Below are positions 1 to 9,548 of a DNA stretch of 64,000 nt, piece by piece. The stretch comes from an uncultured Actinomycetes bacterium (GTDB lineage: Bacteria > Actinomycetota > Thermoleophilia > Gaiellales > Gaiellaceae), in contig CAWESB010000010.1 of assembly GCA_963811635.1 (NCBI GenBank), positions 18,901 to 82,900 of the forward strand, given 5' to 3'. The position numbers were made by a program, and so were the translations under genes. The notes under the pieces are model-generated. The model worked only from the letters and a program-made list of their open reading frames with translations, made no database searches and was not told where the DNA came from. The stretch's first letter is position 1; each line of letters starts with the position of its first letter.

Positions 1-719
1 CGCTCCGCATCGGCGACCTCGAGCTCGAGCGCGCGGGCAACGGAGTCGGTGAGCGCGTTGCCGCCCCAGTCGAGCACGCGCGTGTACTCGCAGCTGTAGC
101 CGTCCGAGACACCGAGGACGCTGCGTTCGGAGCCGATGGAGACCGCGACGAGCGCGCTGCGCTCGGAGCTGCCACCCGGCTCGGTCGCGAACGTGGGAGT
201 CAGGGCGCGCAGGAGTGCGAAGGCCTCGAGGTCGACGCCCACCAGGCGGAGACCCGCCAGACGGCAAGCCTCGACGTACGCGGCGATCAGATCGCGATAC
301 GCGACGACGAGAAGGACGCGCTTGGACGGGGTGCCGTCGGCTGCAGCTCCGTCCCCGAGGATCTGGAAGTCGAGGACTGCCTCGTCGATCGGAATCGGGA
401 GCGCCTCCTGGGCCCGAAAGCGCACCGCGTTGGCGAGCTGCTTCGGGTCGTCGATGCCGGCGACCTCGAGGGTGCGCACGCCGATGCGGTTGTTCGCGAC
501 TCCGATCCGGACATTTCGCTTGGGAAGCTTGTGCTTGCCGAAGAATTTCTTGAGCGCCTCGCCGAGCGCCTCGGTGTCGCGCACCTCCCCGCCGGCGATC
601 AGACCAGCCGGAAGCGGCGAGTCCGCCAGCTGGACGACCTCGACGGAGCCGTTCACGGAGACGCAGGCAGCGTTGAGCCGCGAGGCGCCAAGTTTGAGGC
701 CGACGATCTTCTTCGCCAT
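1..719 (-). CDS. pilM: Type IV pilus assembly protein PilM (start at 719; C-terminal part runs off the window start)
   Basis: My reverse-strand translation from the ATG at 717-719 gives MAKKIVGLKLGASRLNAACVSVNG...RNVRIGVANNRIGVRTLEVAGIDDPKQLANAVRFRAQEALPIPIDEAVLDFQIL. This is the PilM N-terminal actin-like pattern. The ORF is absent from the track because it is open at the window edge. Confidence 0.8.
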   Translation of the reverse strand, partial: MAKKIVGLKLGASRLNAACVSVNGSVEVVQLADSPLPAGLIAGGEVRDTEALGEALKKFFGKHKLPKRNVRIGVANNRIGVRTLEVAGIDDPKQLANAVRFRAQEALPIPIDEAVLDFQILGDGAAADGTPSKRVLLVVAYRDLIAAYVEACRLAGLRLVGVDLEAFALLRALTPTFATEPGGSSERSALVAVSIGSERSVLGVSDGYSCEYTRVLDWGGNALTDSVARALELEVADAE

Positions 720-729
720 CGGGCCGCTC

Positions 730-1950
730 CTAGCTCCCGGCCACGCGCAAGTTGCCGGCCTCGGCATCGGTATCGAGGAGGAGACCGTTCCTCTGGAGCA
801 GGCCCTTCAGCTGGTCGGGTCGGCTCGAGCGGTTGAGCGCCGCGTCGGTGGTGATCTTCCCGTGGCGCACAAGCTCGAGCATCGCCTGTTCGAGGGTCTG
901 CATACCCCGGCTGGTGTTCGTCTGCATGACCGAGTAGATCTGCTCGACCTTGGCCTGCCGGATCAGGTTCCGGACGGCGTCGTCGGGAAGCAGCACCTCG
1001 AGCGCCGCCACGCGGCCCTTACCGTCGACGGTCGGGAGGAGCGTCTGGGTGACGATGCCCTGCAGCGTCGACGCGATCTGAACGCGGATCTGCTCCTGCT
1101 GGGCCGCGGGGAAGACGTCGATGAGCCGGTCGACGGTGGAAGGCGCGTCCTGGGTGTGGAGCGTTGCGAAGACGAGATGGCCGGTCTCGGCAGCCGTCAA
1201 TGCCGTTCCGATCGTCTCGAGGTCGCGCATCTCGCCCAGGAGGATCACGTCGGGGTCCTGGCGGAGCGCGCCGCGGAGAGCGTCGGCGAAGCTCGTGGCG
1301 TCGGGCCCGATCTCGCGCTGGTTCACGATGCAGCGCTTGTGTCGGTGGAGAAACTCGATCGGGTCCTCGATGGTCATGATGTGGTCGTCGCGCGTGCGGT
1401 TGATCTCGTCGATCACCGCGGCGAGCGTCGTCGACTTGCCCGAGCCGGTTGGGCCCGTGACGAGGACGAGGCCGCGCGGCTTCGTCGTGAAGTCCTTGAG
1501 CACGGGCGGGAGGCCGAGCTGATCGAGGGTCTTCAGCTCAGCAGGGATGAGACGGAAGGCGGCACCGAGGCTCTCCCGCTGGAAGTAGACGTTGACGCGG
1601 AAGCGCGCGAGGCCGGGGATCGAGTACGAGATGTCGATCTGGCGCCTGTTCTCGAAGTGTTTCTGCTGCTCCGTGGAGAGGATCCGGTAGAGCATCCGCT
1701 GGGTGTCCTCGGGGCTCAGGCGAGCGAAGTCGCTCAGCCGCTCGAGGTGCCCGTTGACGCGGACGACCGGCTCGGAGCCGACCGCGACGTGCAGGTCAGA
1801 GGCGCCCCGGACGACAACCTGTTCGAGCAGGTCGTCGACCGAGCCGGCGACCCGGCGCTCGGGCGGCGCGGGCGTGGGCGCGGGAGCCTGCTCCGGTGCC
1901 GGAGCGGGCGTGGGCGTGGGGTCCTGAATCGGCTGCAACGTCGGTTCCAT
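730..1950 (-). CDS. pilT: Twitching-motility retraction ATPase PilT with a Pro/Ala-rich N-terminal extension
   Basis: 406-aa ORF. Walker A is GPTGSGKSTT. PilT-type motifs IMTIEDPIEF, IVNQREIG and ILLGEMRDLETI are present. Confidence 0.9.
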   Translation of the reverse strand: MEPTLQPIQDPTPTPAPAPEQAPAPTPAPPERRVAGSVDDLLEQVVVRGASDLHVAVGSEPVVRVNGHLERLSDFARLSPEDTQRMLYRILSTEQQKHFENRRQIDISYSIPGLARFRVNVYFQRESLGAAFRLIPAELKTLDQLGLPPVLKDFTTKPRGLVLVTGPTGSGKSTTLAAVIDEINRTRDDHIMTIEDPIEFLHRHKRCIVNQREIGPDATSFADALRGALRQDPDVILLGEMRDLETIGTALTAAETGHLVFATLHTQDAPSTVDRLIDVFPAAQQEQIRVQIASTLQGIVTQTLLPTVDGKGRVAALEVLLPDDAVRNLIRQAKVEQIYSVMQTNTSRGMQTLEQAMLELVRHGKITTDAALNRSSRPDQLKGLLQRNGLLLDTDAEAGNLRVAGS

Positions 1951-2108
1951 GGGTGCTCCCGACGGGTGCTATCGGCAGCGAAACCGCATCACTAAAGGGG
2001 TGGGAGAAATCCCCCAAACGAGGGGAAGCCAAGCCGCGCTGGGCCGCCGATACCACCCCCTGAGCCACTGCACGCCTAACTGCTTGTTCCAAGGAAGGAG
2101 TTCCGCTC

Positions 2109-2501
2109 ATGATTCAGAGGCTCAGGAACCGGATTGAACGCTCGGAGTCCGAGGGCGGTTTCACGCTCATCGAGCTCCTTGTCGTGATCATCATCATCGG
2201 CATCCTGCTCGCGATCGCCATCCCGTCGTACCTCAGCTTCCGCGCCCGCGCGGAGCGGTCGGCGGCTCAGGCGAACGTCCGCGCCAGCATCCCCGGCGTC
2301 GAGGCGTACTACGCGGACCACACGGCAACCGGTTACTCCGGTCTGACGTCTGCGGTCCTGAAGGCGTCCTACGACGCCGGCATCAAGAACGTGAACGTCG
2401 TTCGCGCGACGCCCGCGTCGTACTGCATCCAGAGCATCGTCGGCCAGGCCACGTACAAGAAGGCCGGCCCGGCTGCGGACATCACGTCCGGCGCTTGCTA
2501 G
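2109..2501 (+). CDS. pilA: Type IV pilin (prepilin with N-terminal cleavage/methylation motif)
   Basis: 130 aa. The leader ends in G|FTLIELLVVIIIIGILLAIAIPS. The C-terminal Cys pair is CIQS...SGAC. SD-like AAGGAAGGAG lies upstream. Confidence 0.9.
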   Translation: MIQRLRNRIERSESEGGFTLIELLVVIIIIGILLAIAIPSYLSFRARAERSAAQANVRASIPGVEAYYADHTATGYSGLTSAVLKASYDAGIKNVNVVRATPASYCIQSIVGQATYKKAGPAADITSGAC

Positions 2502-2520
2502 ACGGGCTTCGGAACGAATC

Positions 2521-2556
2521 GAGAAAGGGCGCGGGAGACCGCGCCCTTTCTCCTTA
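2521..2556 (+). terminator. Rho-independent terminator after the pilin gene
   Basis: The GC-rich hairpin GAGAAAGGGCGCGG-GAGA-CCGCGCCCTTTCTC is followed by CTT. Confidence 0.55.
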
Positions 2557-2591
2557 AGGGCCCGGCCGCCAGTGCCGATAGGGAACGTGGA

Positions 2592-3167
2592 ATGCGGCAA
2601 CAGCTAAGACTCCGCGTGCTCGTCCCGGTGGCCGTTCTCGGCCTCCTCGGCGCGGGCTTCGGCGCCTTCGCGATGGGCGGCCCGGCCGCCCCCGAGTCGA
2701 TGCCCGTCACGCACCCGACCAGCTCGGCCGCGGTGGACACAGGCGCGATGGACACGGGCGCCGTCGACACCGCGCCGACCACGACGACCGCGCCGCCGCC
2801 TCCCGCTCCGACCACAACGGAGGCGGCGCCTCCGTCGGCTCCGCCGAAGCCGAAGCCAGAGAGAACCGCGCTCGAGCAGGAGCTCGCCGAGCATCGGGTC
2901 GTCGTCGTCGTCTTTCACACGCCCGGCTCCGACGTGGACGGCGAGGCCCTGTTCGAGGCGCGGGCGGGTGCCGCGGCGGCGAACGCGGGCTTCCTCGCCG
3001 TCGACGTCACGAAAGAGAACACGGTCGCGGGGATCGCGGCCGAATACGAGGTGCTGAGCTCGCCGACCGTCCTCGTGGTCGTCAAGAGCGGCGAGGCGCG
3101 TTCCCGTTTCGACGGCTACGTCGACCGCCTGACAGTGGCCCAGGCGGTCACGAACGCGCTCAAGTGA
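2592..3167 (+). CDS. Membrane-anchored hypothetical protein with a suspected thioredoxin-like C-terminal fold lacking CXXC
   Basis: 191 aa. It has an N-terminal signal/anchor, a Pro/Thr/Ala linker, then VVVVVFHTPGSDVDG...FLAVDV...SSPTVLVVV, a thioredoxin-like beta-alpha-beta pattern. No redox cysteines are present. Confidence 0.5.
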   Translation: MRQQLRLRVLVPVAVLGLLGAGFGAFAMGGPAAPESMPVTHPTSSAAVDTGAMDTGAVDTAPTTTTAPPPPAPTTTEAAPPSAPPKPKPERTALEQELAEHRVVVVVFHTPGSDVDGEALFEARAGAAAANAGFLAVDVTKENTVAGIAAEYEVLSSPTVLVVVKSGEARSRFDGYVDRLTVAQAVTNALK

Positions 3168-3418
3168 GCGAGGCGGCCGTCGAGCCGCTGGAGCTCGCGC
3201 TCCGCTCGGCGCGCAAGGGCGGCCGTGAGCTCGTCCGCATGCGCTACGTCGAGGAGGCCAACGCGTTCCTTGTCGAGTGCGAGGTCTATCCGGTCGACGG
3301 CCTGCGCGTGGAGCCGCTCCGCCCAGGGCCATACCGCTTCGGCACGCGCGACGAGGCCGACACCTTCATCCGAGAGGCGATCACGATCCTCGAGTACCTG
3401 GGCTGCGACGTCACCTAG
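3164..3418 (+). CDS. Hypothetical small protein (84 aa) translationally coupled to the upstream gene
   Basis: GTGA start/stop overlap at 3164-3167. High GC3. No recognisable motif. Confidence 0.45.
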   Translation: MSEAAVEPLELALRSARKGGRELVRMRYVEEANAFLVECEVYPVDGLRVEPLRPGPYRFGTRDEADTFIREAITILEYLGCDVT

Positions 3419-3520
3419 GGCGAATCCCCTCATCGGGGGCTTCCCAAAGCGACCGGACGCACCAGAGTACGACGCGTAAACGTTCATACCGACCTCCCAA
3501 ACACTGGGACAGGAGCGCAC

Positions 3521-4744
3521 ATGCCGACAATGAGGACGCTCCTGCGGCGCACTGACGAACGCGGCCAAGTATTCGTGATTCTGGCGGTCACGCTCGTGGT
3601 CCTTCTGGGCTCCGCCGCCCTCGTGGTGGACGTTGGCCGCGCCTACCTCGCCAAGCGCCATCTCCAGTCGTCCGCGGACGCGGCCGCGACCGCAGGCGCA
3701 CTCGAGCTGCCCGACCCGGTCGAGGCCCGGAACTTCGCCCTCAACTACAGCGGGCGCGACGGCGCGAGGAACGACAACGACAAGCTTCCGTCGGTCTCCG
3801 CGACCGTCACGACGAAGTGCCTCTCGTTCGCTCCCTGCAGTCCGGTGAACGCAGTCCAGGTGGAGCAGACCACCGTGGTGCCGACGATCTTCGCCAAGGT
3901 GCTCGGGATCGACCACTTCACGATCAGGGCGAAGGCCACGGCGTGCTCGCCGTGCTCCTCCAAGCCGCTCGACATCATGCTGGTCCTCGACCGCACTGGG
4001 TCCATGTGCCAGACCTCGAACGGCACCAGCGACCCTGCCTGCACGGACCTGACCAATGCGAAGAACGGCCTGATCGAGTTCGTGAACTACATGGATCCTG
4101 CGCTCCATAAGATCGGCTTCGCGGTCTTCCCGCCGAGGACGAGCGGCGGGTCGAGCTGCGCCACGCCGGCGTCCGGCAACTACAACGCGACGTCCTCCGT
4201 GTACACGCTCGTGCAGCTCTCCAACGACTACAAGACCGGCGGCAATCTGAACGAGTCGTCGCAGCTCGTCTCGCGAATCCGGTGTCAGCAGGGCGGCGGC
4301 TCGACCGCGTACGCGAATGCGATCGAGCACGCCCAGGCAGAGCTCACGAGCTCTCGCGGGCGCCCAGGCGTCCAGGACGTGGTCGTCTTCTTCTCCGACG
4401 GGGCTGCAAACACCGGGCCGACCTACTACCCGACCACGTCGCCCTACCGCCGCCAGCCCTGCCGCCAGGGCGTCAACTCGGCCGGCGTCGTCAAGGGGCA
4501 GGGCACGCTGATCTACACGATCGGCTACGACCTCGACGCGCTCGGCGGCGGGGCGAACATCTGCCAGTCATACACGGGCGCCATCGAGTCGCCGGCCATT
4601 ACCGCCTACGACGCGCTGCGCCTCATGGCGACGAACACCGACACGTTCTTCAACCGCCCGAATCCCGGTGACCTGACCCGGATCTACACCCAGATCGCCG
4701 CCGAGATCGGCGGTACCCGCCTGGTCCCGGACGACTCGCTCTAG
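3521..4744 (+). CDS. TadE/TadG-like N-terminal domain protein with a von Willebrand factor A domain (candidate pilus-associated adhesin)
   Basis: 407 aa. The N-terminus ERGQVFVILAVTLVVLLGSAALVVDVGRAYLAKRHLQSSADAAA is the Tad_N type. The vWA MIDAS-like motif is DIMLVLDRTGSM, with later FFSDGAAN and IYTIGYD. Confidence 0.8.
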   Translation: MPTMRTLLRRTDERGQVFVILAVTLVVLLGSAALVVDVGRAYLAKRHLQSSADAAATAGALELPDPVEARNFALNYSGRDGARNDNDKLPSVSATVTTKCLSFAPCSPVNAVQVEQTTVVPTIFAKVLGIDHFTIRAKATACSPCSSKPLDIMLVLDRTGSMCQTSNGTSDPACTDLTNAKNGLIEFVNYMDPALHKIGFAVFPPRTSGGSSCATPASGNYNATSSVYTLVQLSNDYKTGGNLNESSQLVSRIRCQQGGGSTAYANAIEHAQAELTSSRGRPGVQDVVVFFSDGAANTGPTYYPTTSPYRRQPCRQGVNSAGVVKGQGTLIYTIGYDLDALGGGANICQSYTGAIESPAITAYDALRLMATNTDTFFNRPNPGDLTRIYTQIAAEIGGTRLVPDDSL

Positions 4745-6630
4745 ACGAGCACCCGCGCCAGCTCTTCGAGCGACGTCAGGCCGGAGACGACCTTGGCGAG
4801 GCCGTCCTCCCAGAGCGTCTTCATGCCCGCGCCGAGCGCGGCCCGCTCCAGCTCTTCGCGGCTCGCGTGCTGCGAGGCGAGCCGACTGATGTCCTCGTTC
4901 ATGACCATCAGCTGGTAGATCCCGATCCGGCCCTTGTAGCCGGTCTGGTTGCAGCGGGGGCAGCCGCGCTTGCGGTAGAGGGCGACGCCGTCCGCGGCGG
5001 CCGCCTGCTCCGGGCTGAAGCGCGCTTCGAGCATCTCCTCCCGCGTCGCCATGTACATCTCGGAGCAGTTCGTGCAGAGCTTCCGCGCGAGCCGCTGGGC
5101 GAGAACGGCCGTGACCGCCGAGCCGGTGAGGAACGGCTCAACGCCCATCTCGTTCAACCGGGTCAGTGCGCTCGGAGCGTCGTTGGTGTGCAGCGTCGAA
5201 AGGACGAAGTGACCGGTCAGCGCCGCCTCGATGGCCATCTTGGCCGTCTCGGCGTCACGGATCTCACCGACCATGACGACGTCGGGGTCGGACCGCAGGA
5301 TCGAGCGCAGCGCTGCGGAGAAGGTCATGCCCGCACGCAGATTCACCTGCACCTGGTTGAGGCCGGCGAGACGGTACTCGACCGGGTCTTCGACGGTGAT
5401 GATGTTGATCTCGGGCCGGTTGATCTCGTTCAGCGACGCGTAGAGGGTCGTCGACTTACCGGAGCCGGTCGGCCCCGTCACGAGCAGCGCGCCCGTGGGC
5501 TTGACGACGATCTCCTCGAAGACCTTGCGCATGTCGTCGGAAAGACCGAGCTCGGCGAGGGTCGGCGGACGCTTCGACTTGTCGAGGAGGCGCATCACGA
5601 CGCCCTCGCCCTCGACAGTCGGGAGAACGGCGACGCGGATGTCGAGGAGGCGGCCGGCCGCCTTGGCGTTGAGCGAGATGCGGCCGTCCTGCGGCTTGCG
5701 GCGCTCGGCGATGTCGAGCTTCGCGAGCACCTTCAAGCGGGTGGTGACGCCGGGCGCAAGCCGCTTCGGGATGCGCTGGAGCTCGTGGAGGACGCCGTCC
5801 ACGCGCGAGCGGACGACGAGGGCGTCGTCATGCGAGTCGAAGTGGATGTCACTCGCCCCGTCCTCGGCGGCCTGAAGGATGATCGAGTTCACGAGGCGAA
5901 CGAGCGGCGCGTCGGAGACACCGTCGTCGGCCTCGAGGTCGTCGCCCTCCTCCTCCACCTCGTCGCCGAGATCGAACTCCTCCTCGACGAGCGCCGCGCG
6001 CTCCCAGGCTTCGGAGGCCTTCTGCAGGCGCCTCAGCTCGAGGTCGATCTCCTCCCGAGGGGCGACGCCGATCTCGAGCGAGTAGCGCGTGGCAAGCCGG
6101 AGCTCGTCGATCGCCTGCACGTTCGTCGGGTCGGCAACGGCGATCTTCAGTTGGTTGCCGGCGATCCTGTACGGGAGCGCGCCGACGCGCTCGAGGACGT
6201 GAACGGGGATCGCCTCGGCGGCGATCTTCTCCACCCCGCTCGAGGCCAGGTCGACGTACGGAAGGTGAAGGCGCTCGGCCAGCTCGCGCACCTCGGCGTT
6301 CGGCTGGGTGCGCGGGCCGGTGCGCAGACCCGGAACCTCGAGCCCTTCGACCGGTGCGTTGAGCCGCTCGTCCATGATCGCCTCTGCAAGAGATCCGCCG
6401 CCGGCGCGGGAACGCGCGCTCACCAGGCGGTCCAGCGGGATCAGGCCGGTCGTCTCGATCAGATCGGCTACGAGCTGCGCGATCGGGTTCGTCGAGACGC
6501 CCGCCCCGGGCGGGTACTCGGGCTTGACGCCCGGCGTCTCCTCGGCGTCGCTCGCGCCGGCCCGTCGCAGCGGTTGAAGCTCGTCGAACTCCATCTCAGG
6601 AGTTATCGGCTCCGCGCCGTCCATCCCCAA
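4741..6630 (-). CDS. pilB: Type IV pilus assembly (extension) ATPase PilB/GspE family
   Basis: 629 aa. It has N-terminal T2SSE_N-like repeats, Walker A GPTGSGKSTTLYA, VMVGEIRD, and the tetracysteine region CTNC...CPRC. Confidence 0.92.
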   Translation of the reverse strand: MGMDGAEPITPEMEFDELQPLRRAGASDAEETPGVKPEYPPGAGVSTNPIAQLVADLIETTGLIPLDRLVSARSRAGGGSLAEAIMDERLNAPVEGLEVPGLRTGPRTQPNAEVRELAERLHLPYVDLASSGVEKIAAEAIPVHVLERVGALPYRIAGNQLKIAVADPTNVQAIDELRLATRYSLEIGVAPREEIDLELRRLQKASEAWERAALVEEEFDLGDEVEEEGDDLEADDGVSDAPLVRLVNSIILQAAEDGASDIHFDSHDDALVVRSRVDGVLHELQRIPKRLAPGVTTRLKVLAKLDIAERRKPQDGRISLNAKAAGRLLDIRVAVLPTVEGEGVVMRLLDKSKRPPTLAELGLSDDMRKVFEEIVVKPTGALLVTGPTGSGKSTTLYASLNEINRPEINIITVEDPVEYRLAGLNQVQVNLRAGMTFSAALRSILRSDPDVVMVGEIRDAETAKMAIEAALTGHFVLSTLHTNDAPSALTRLNEMGVEPFLTGSAVTAVLAQRLARKLCTNCSEMYMATREEMLEARFSPEQAAAADGVALYRKRGCPRCNQTGYKGRIGIYQLMVMNEDISRLASQHASREELERAALGAGMKTLWEDGLAKVVSGLTSLEELARVLV

Positions 6631-6648
6631 GAGGGGGGATAGCGGCTC

Positions 6649-7408
6649 CTACAGACCGCTGCCGCTCAGGTAGGCGTCGAGGAGGGCATCCCCGAAGAAC
6701 AGCGCGATCACTGCGCCGAAGGCGAGGAACGGCCCGAACGGGATGGCCATCTTGCGAGCAGCACCGCCGTGGCGGGCGAGCAGGATGACCGCAGGGACAA
6801 GAGCTGCGACCATCCCGATCATGAGCGCGACGAGGACGAGCTTGCCGAGCATGGCGCCGAGGAGGAGGCAGAGCTTGACGTCGCCCATCCCCATGCCCTT
6901 CGGGTAGGCGAGCAGCGCCGCGAAGAGGAAGGCCGCCGCGCCCAGCGGCGCGAGGACCCACTCCAGCCACATGTCCGGATGGAGTACGAGCTGGGCCGCC
7001 AGGACGATGCCCGGCGGAGGGAAGGACGATCTTGTCGGGGAGGATGTGGCGCTCGAAGTCGATCGCCGAGAGGACGACGAGGGTCGAGCAGAAGAACGCG
7101 GCGAGGAAGGCGTCCGCCGTCAGCCCGAAGCGAAGGAAGCAGGCGGTGACGAGGAACGCCGTCAGCAGCTCGACGGCGAGGTAGCGCGCTCCGATGCGCA
7201 CCCCGCAGCTCCGGCACCTGCCGCGAAGGAGCAGGTACGAGACCACCGGCACGTTGTCGCGCCACGCGATCTGGGCCCCGCACGAGCCGCAGGCCGACGG
7301 TGGGTGCGCGAGCGACCGCCCTTCCGGCAGGCGCGCGGCGACGACGTTGAGGAAGCTTCCCAGGGCGAGTGCCGGGGGAAGGGCGAAGACGGCGAGGGCG
7401 ACGTTCAT
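6649..7408 (-). pseudogene. pilD: Prepilin peptidase PilD, reading frame broken by a 1-nt indel near 7009-7013
   Basis: The N-terminal frame (7408 downward) reads MNVALAVF...CGSCGAQIAWRDNVPVVSYLLLRGRCRSCG...SAIDFERHILPDKIVLP. The C-terminal part continues in another frame (ORF 6649-6972): WLEWVLAPLG...GMGMGDVKL...IPFGPFLA. The join lies at a CCC/GGG run. Confidence 0.85.
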
Positions 7409-7440
7409 GGCTCAACTATCGGCGGCTGCAGCCGCGGCCC

Positions 7441-8960
7441 TTAGCCGCTGTAGAGCTGCGGCGGGTTCGGCTGGGCGTAGACGGCCGGGTTCCCCGGCAT
7501 CCCGACCGGCACGACGTGAAGTCTCGGAAAGCGGATCGTTCGAGACTGTGTCGAAATGATCGGCTGGCCGACGAGCGGCCCGTCAGCGAATGAGCGTTGT
7601 TCGCGAAGTCGAACGCCTAGGTCGCAAAAGAGGCCACCCTGGAACTGCGAGCGTTGTCCATTGGATTCCGTTGCCGTGCCCGCGAGGCCGTCCGCCCTTG
7701 CCGTTCGCCACGACACGTCAGCATCGCGGTATTCGGGTTCCAGGACGTGAAGTCGGCAGTTGGAGCCGTAGATGACGGCGCAGAGCTTCGTGTTGTTGTT
7801 CAGTACGCGGTTCCCGAGAGGTAGATCGTCGCCTGCCCGTTGTAGCAGTTGAGTAGTCCCGTTCTTGATTTTGACGCTGCCGTCAATGAAGAACGTCCCG
7901 AAGACGGTAAGGACACGCGTCGTCGAGTTCCAAGGACGCTCCCCCGGTCGTCGCGCAGCTGTACGAGCTGGCCGGAGTCAGCTGGAAGATGGTGCGACGC
8001 TGTTGTTTCGCCGCGTCAGGTCCGGGTTCGGGAGCGGAGAGGCGTCGTTGTCGAACGTCGGGGGCGTACCGCTACTCGTCGACACAGGGGAGATGCGGTC
8101 CAGGGCTTGCGTTCTCGTACCAGCCGTCCCGTCGGCCGAGGGGGCAGTGATCGACGTGCAGGGTGATCGTGTGGATCGAGGGTTCGCTCATCGAGTTGTC
8201 CTTGCCGTTCGAGTCCTGGTTGCCGGAGGCACGGCGTTGTGCGAGGACTGTTGACCCACGGCAGCGCCGACCGACGTAGGTCTCGTTGATGGGTGCCCGT
8301 GCTCGTGCCGATCGCGTTCGCAGTCTGGTTCATTGTTCCCGAGGCCAAGGTTGCCGTGCACGAGTCCAGCGAGGTCTGCTGACCCGACGTTTTCTCAAGG
8401 CAGAGGTTGCCCTGGACGTAGAGCCGGGACGAGGCCCGTTGACGTTCTGCCGACACGGTCATGTCGCACGGCTGCCCGGTGCCGGTGGCGTAGATGTAGT
8501 TCCAGGCAGGGTTGTTGAGCGGCTGGGTCAGCGTCGGCGTGACCGGGATCTTGGCCGTCAGAGGTGCGCGTCACCTCGCTCGCGCCCTGGCCGGTCGGGT
8601 TGTCGATCCGGCCCGTTGACGTCACCGTCCAGGTCTGGGTGAGCTGGTCGAGCGTGCTCCGGACCAGGTCACCGTGCCGCCGTCGTAGTCGTGGGTCGTT
8701 TTCGGGAGGTGCCGTGGAGTTGTACCGAGCAGGATCAGGGCGTTGTTCGTGGGCTTCGACAGGACGGCCATCATCTCGTCGATGCCGGCTTCGGCGAGGT
8801 CGTAGGCGCTCGCGTTCTGCACGGAGTACTCGGCGCTCCGCGCGTTCGTGCCCGAGTAGTAGATGAGGGTCACGCCGCTCAGGGAGAGCACGCCGAGGAT
8901 GGCAACCGCCATGATCAGCGTGATGCCGTCCTGCCGTTTGAGCAGCTGCCGCAATCTCAT
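7441..8960 (-). pseudogene. PilX-like minor pilin / pilus-associated large protein, broken into many frames
   Basis: The N-terminus MRLRQLLKRQDGITLIMAVAILGVLSLSG is PilX_N-like. The plausible continuation switches frame near 8655 and 8565 and several more times downstream. An example segment is LTAKIPVTPTLTQPLNNPAWNYIYATGTGQPCD, and the tail is ...GMPGNPAVYAQPNPPQLYSG. Confidence 0.55.
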
Positions 8961-8977
8961 CGTGTTCCCATCCCGGG

Positions 8978-9547
8978 CTAGGGGTCCTGGCGAAGCGTGT
9001 TCCTCAGCACAATGTCGTCAACGAGCCGCCAGGTCTTCCATCCCTCGTTCGGGTTCACGTTCACGGGGAAGTCGACATGGAGGAGCGCCCGGGTGTCCGA
9101 GGACGCGGCGGTGTAGGTGAACACCTCGTCCTCGACGAGGTAGTCGGCGATCGGGATCGACGACCCTCCCTGCACCCGGAGGAGCTTCCACCGGCCGCTG
9201 CCGTTCGCGACGGCCTGGTAGTCGACCGTCGTCGTTCCGACCACGGCCGTCGGGCAATGCGAAGGGAGTGCAACCCGGATCGCGGAAACCGGCGTGGCCG
9301 TGAGCGCCGATCCGTCCGTGTTCGTCACGCCGCTCGAGCAGTGCAGCTCGCGGCGGAGCCGGTCGAGGGCAAGACGTGCGTTCTGCTGAGCCTGGAAGCG
9401 GTGGTTGGCGTCGAGCTCAGCCTTCGAGCCCGAGACGAAGAGGGTCGTCAGCGCCGTCACGATGACGAGGAAGATCGCGAGGACGGCGAGCAATTCGACC
9501 AACGTGAAACCACTCCGGTCGCGGAGCAACGGCACGCGTCGGGTCAA
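8978..9547 (-). CDS. Prepilin-type N-terminal cleavage/methylation domain protein (PilW/GspJ-like minor pilin)
   Basis: The motif is RSG|FTLVELLAVLAIFLVIVTAL. The TTG at 9545-9547 sits 1 nt after the upstream stop. The longer track ORF (to 9667) overlaps the upstream gene. Confidence 0.75.
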   Translation of the reverse strand: MTRRVPLLRDRSGFTLVELLAVLAIFLVIVTALTTLFVSGSKAELDANHRFQAQQNARLALDRLRRELHCSSGVTNTDGSALTATPVSAIRVALPSHCPTAVVGTTTVDYQAVANGSGRWKLLRVQGGSSIPIADYLVEDEVFTYTAASSDTRALLHVDFPVNVNPNEGWKTWRLVDDIVLRNTLRQDP

Positions 9548-9548
9548 T

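Noticed and set aside
136-1995. 619-aa plus-strand ORF, and similar very long ORFs (3116-4330 -, 4867-6642 +, 17606-18790 +, 51501-52676 -, 53151-54998 -, 56531-58003 -, 59019-63341 -)
   Set aside because: They are Arg/Pro/Gly-rich with no motifs. They lie antisense or out of frame to genes with clear family signatures (pilT, pilB, MFS, CDF, GT-C, asparaginase/fpg, the giant adhesin). These are typical shadow ORFs of high-GC DNA.
2060-2090. Possible sigma-54 (-24/-12) promoter upstream of the pilin gene (CTGCACGCCTAACTGCTT)
   Set aside because: The -24 element lacks the GG dinucleotide and the spacing is off by one. Sigma-54 is generally absent from Actinomycetota, and no rpoN or enhancer-binding protein was seen.
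4741-4744. Convergent gene ends with overlap or no terminator (TadG-like/pilB at 4741-4744; GT-C/sigA at 55352-55356)
   Set aside because: Tail-to-tail abutment is common in compact high-GC genomes. Nothing further in the sequence supports a special mechanism.
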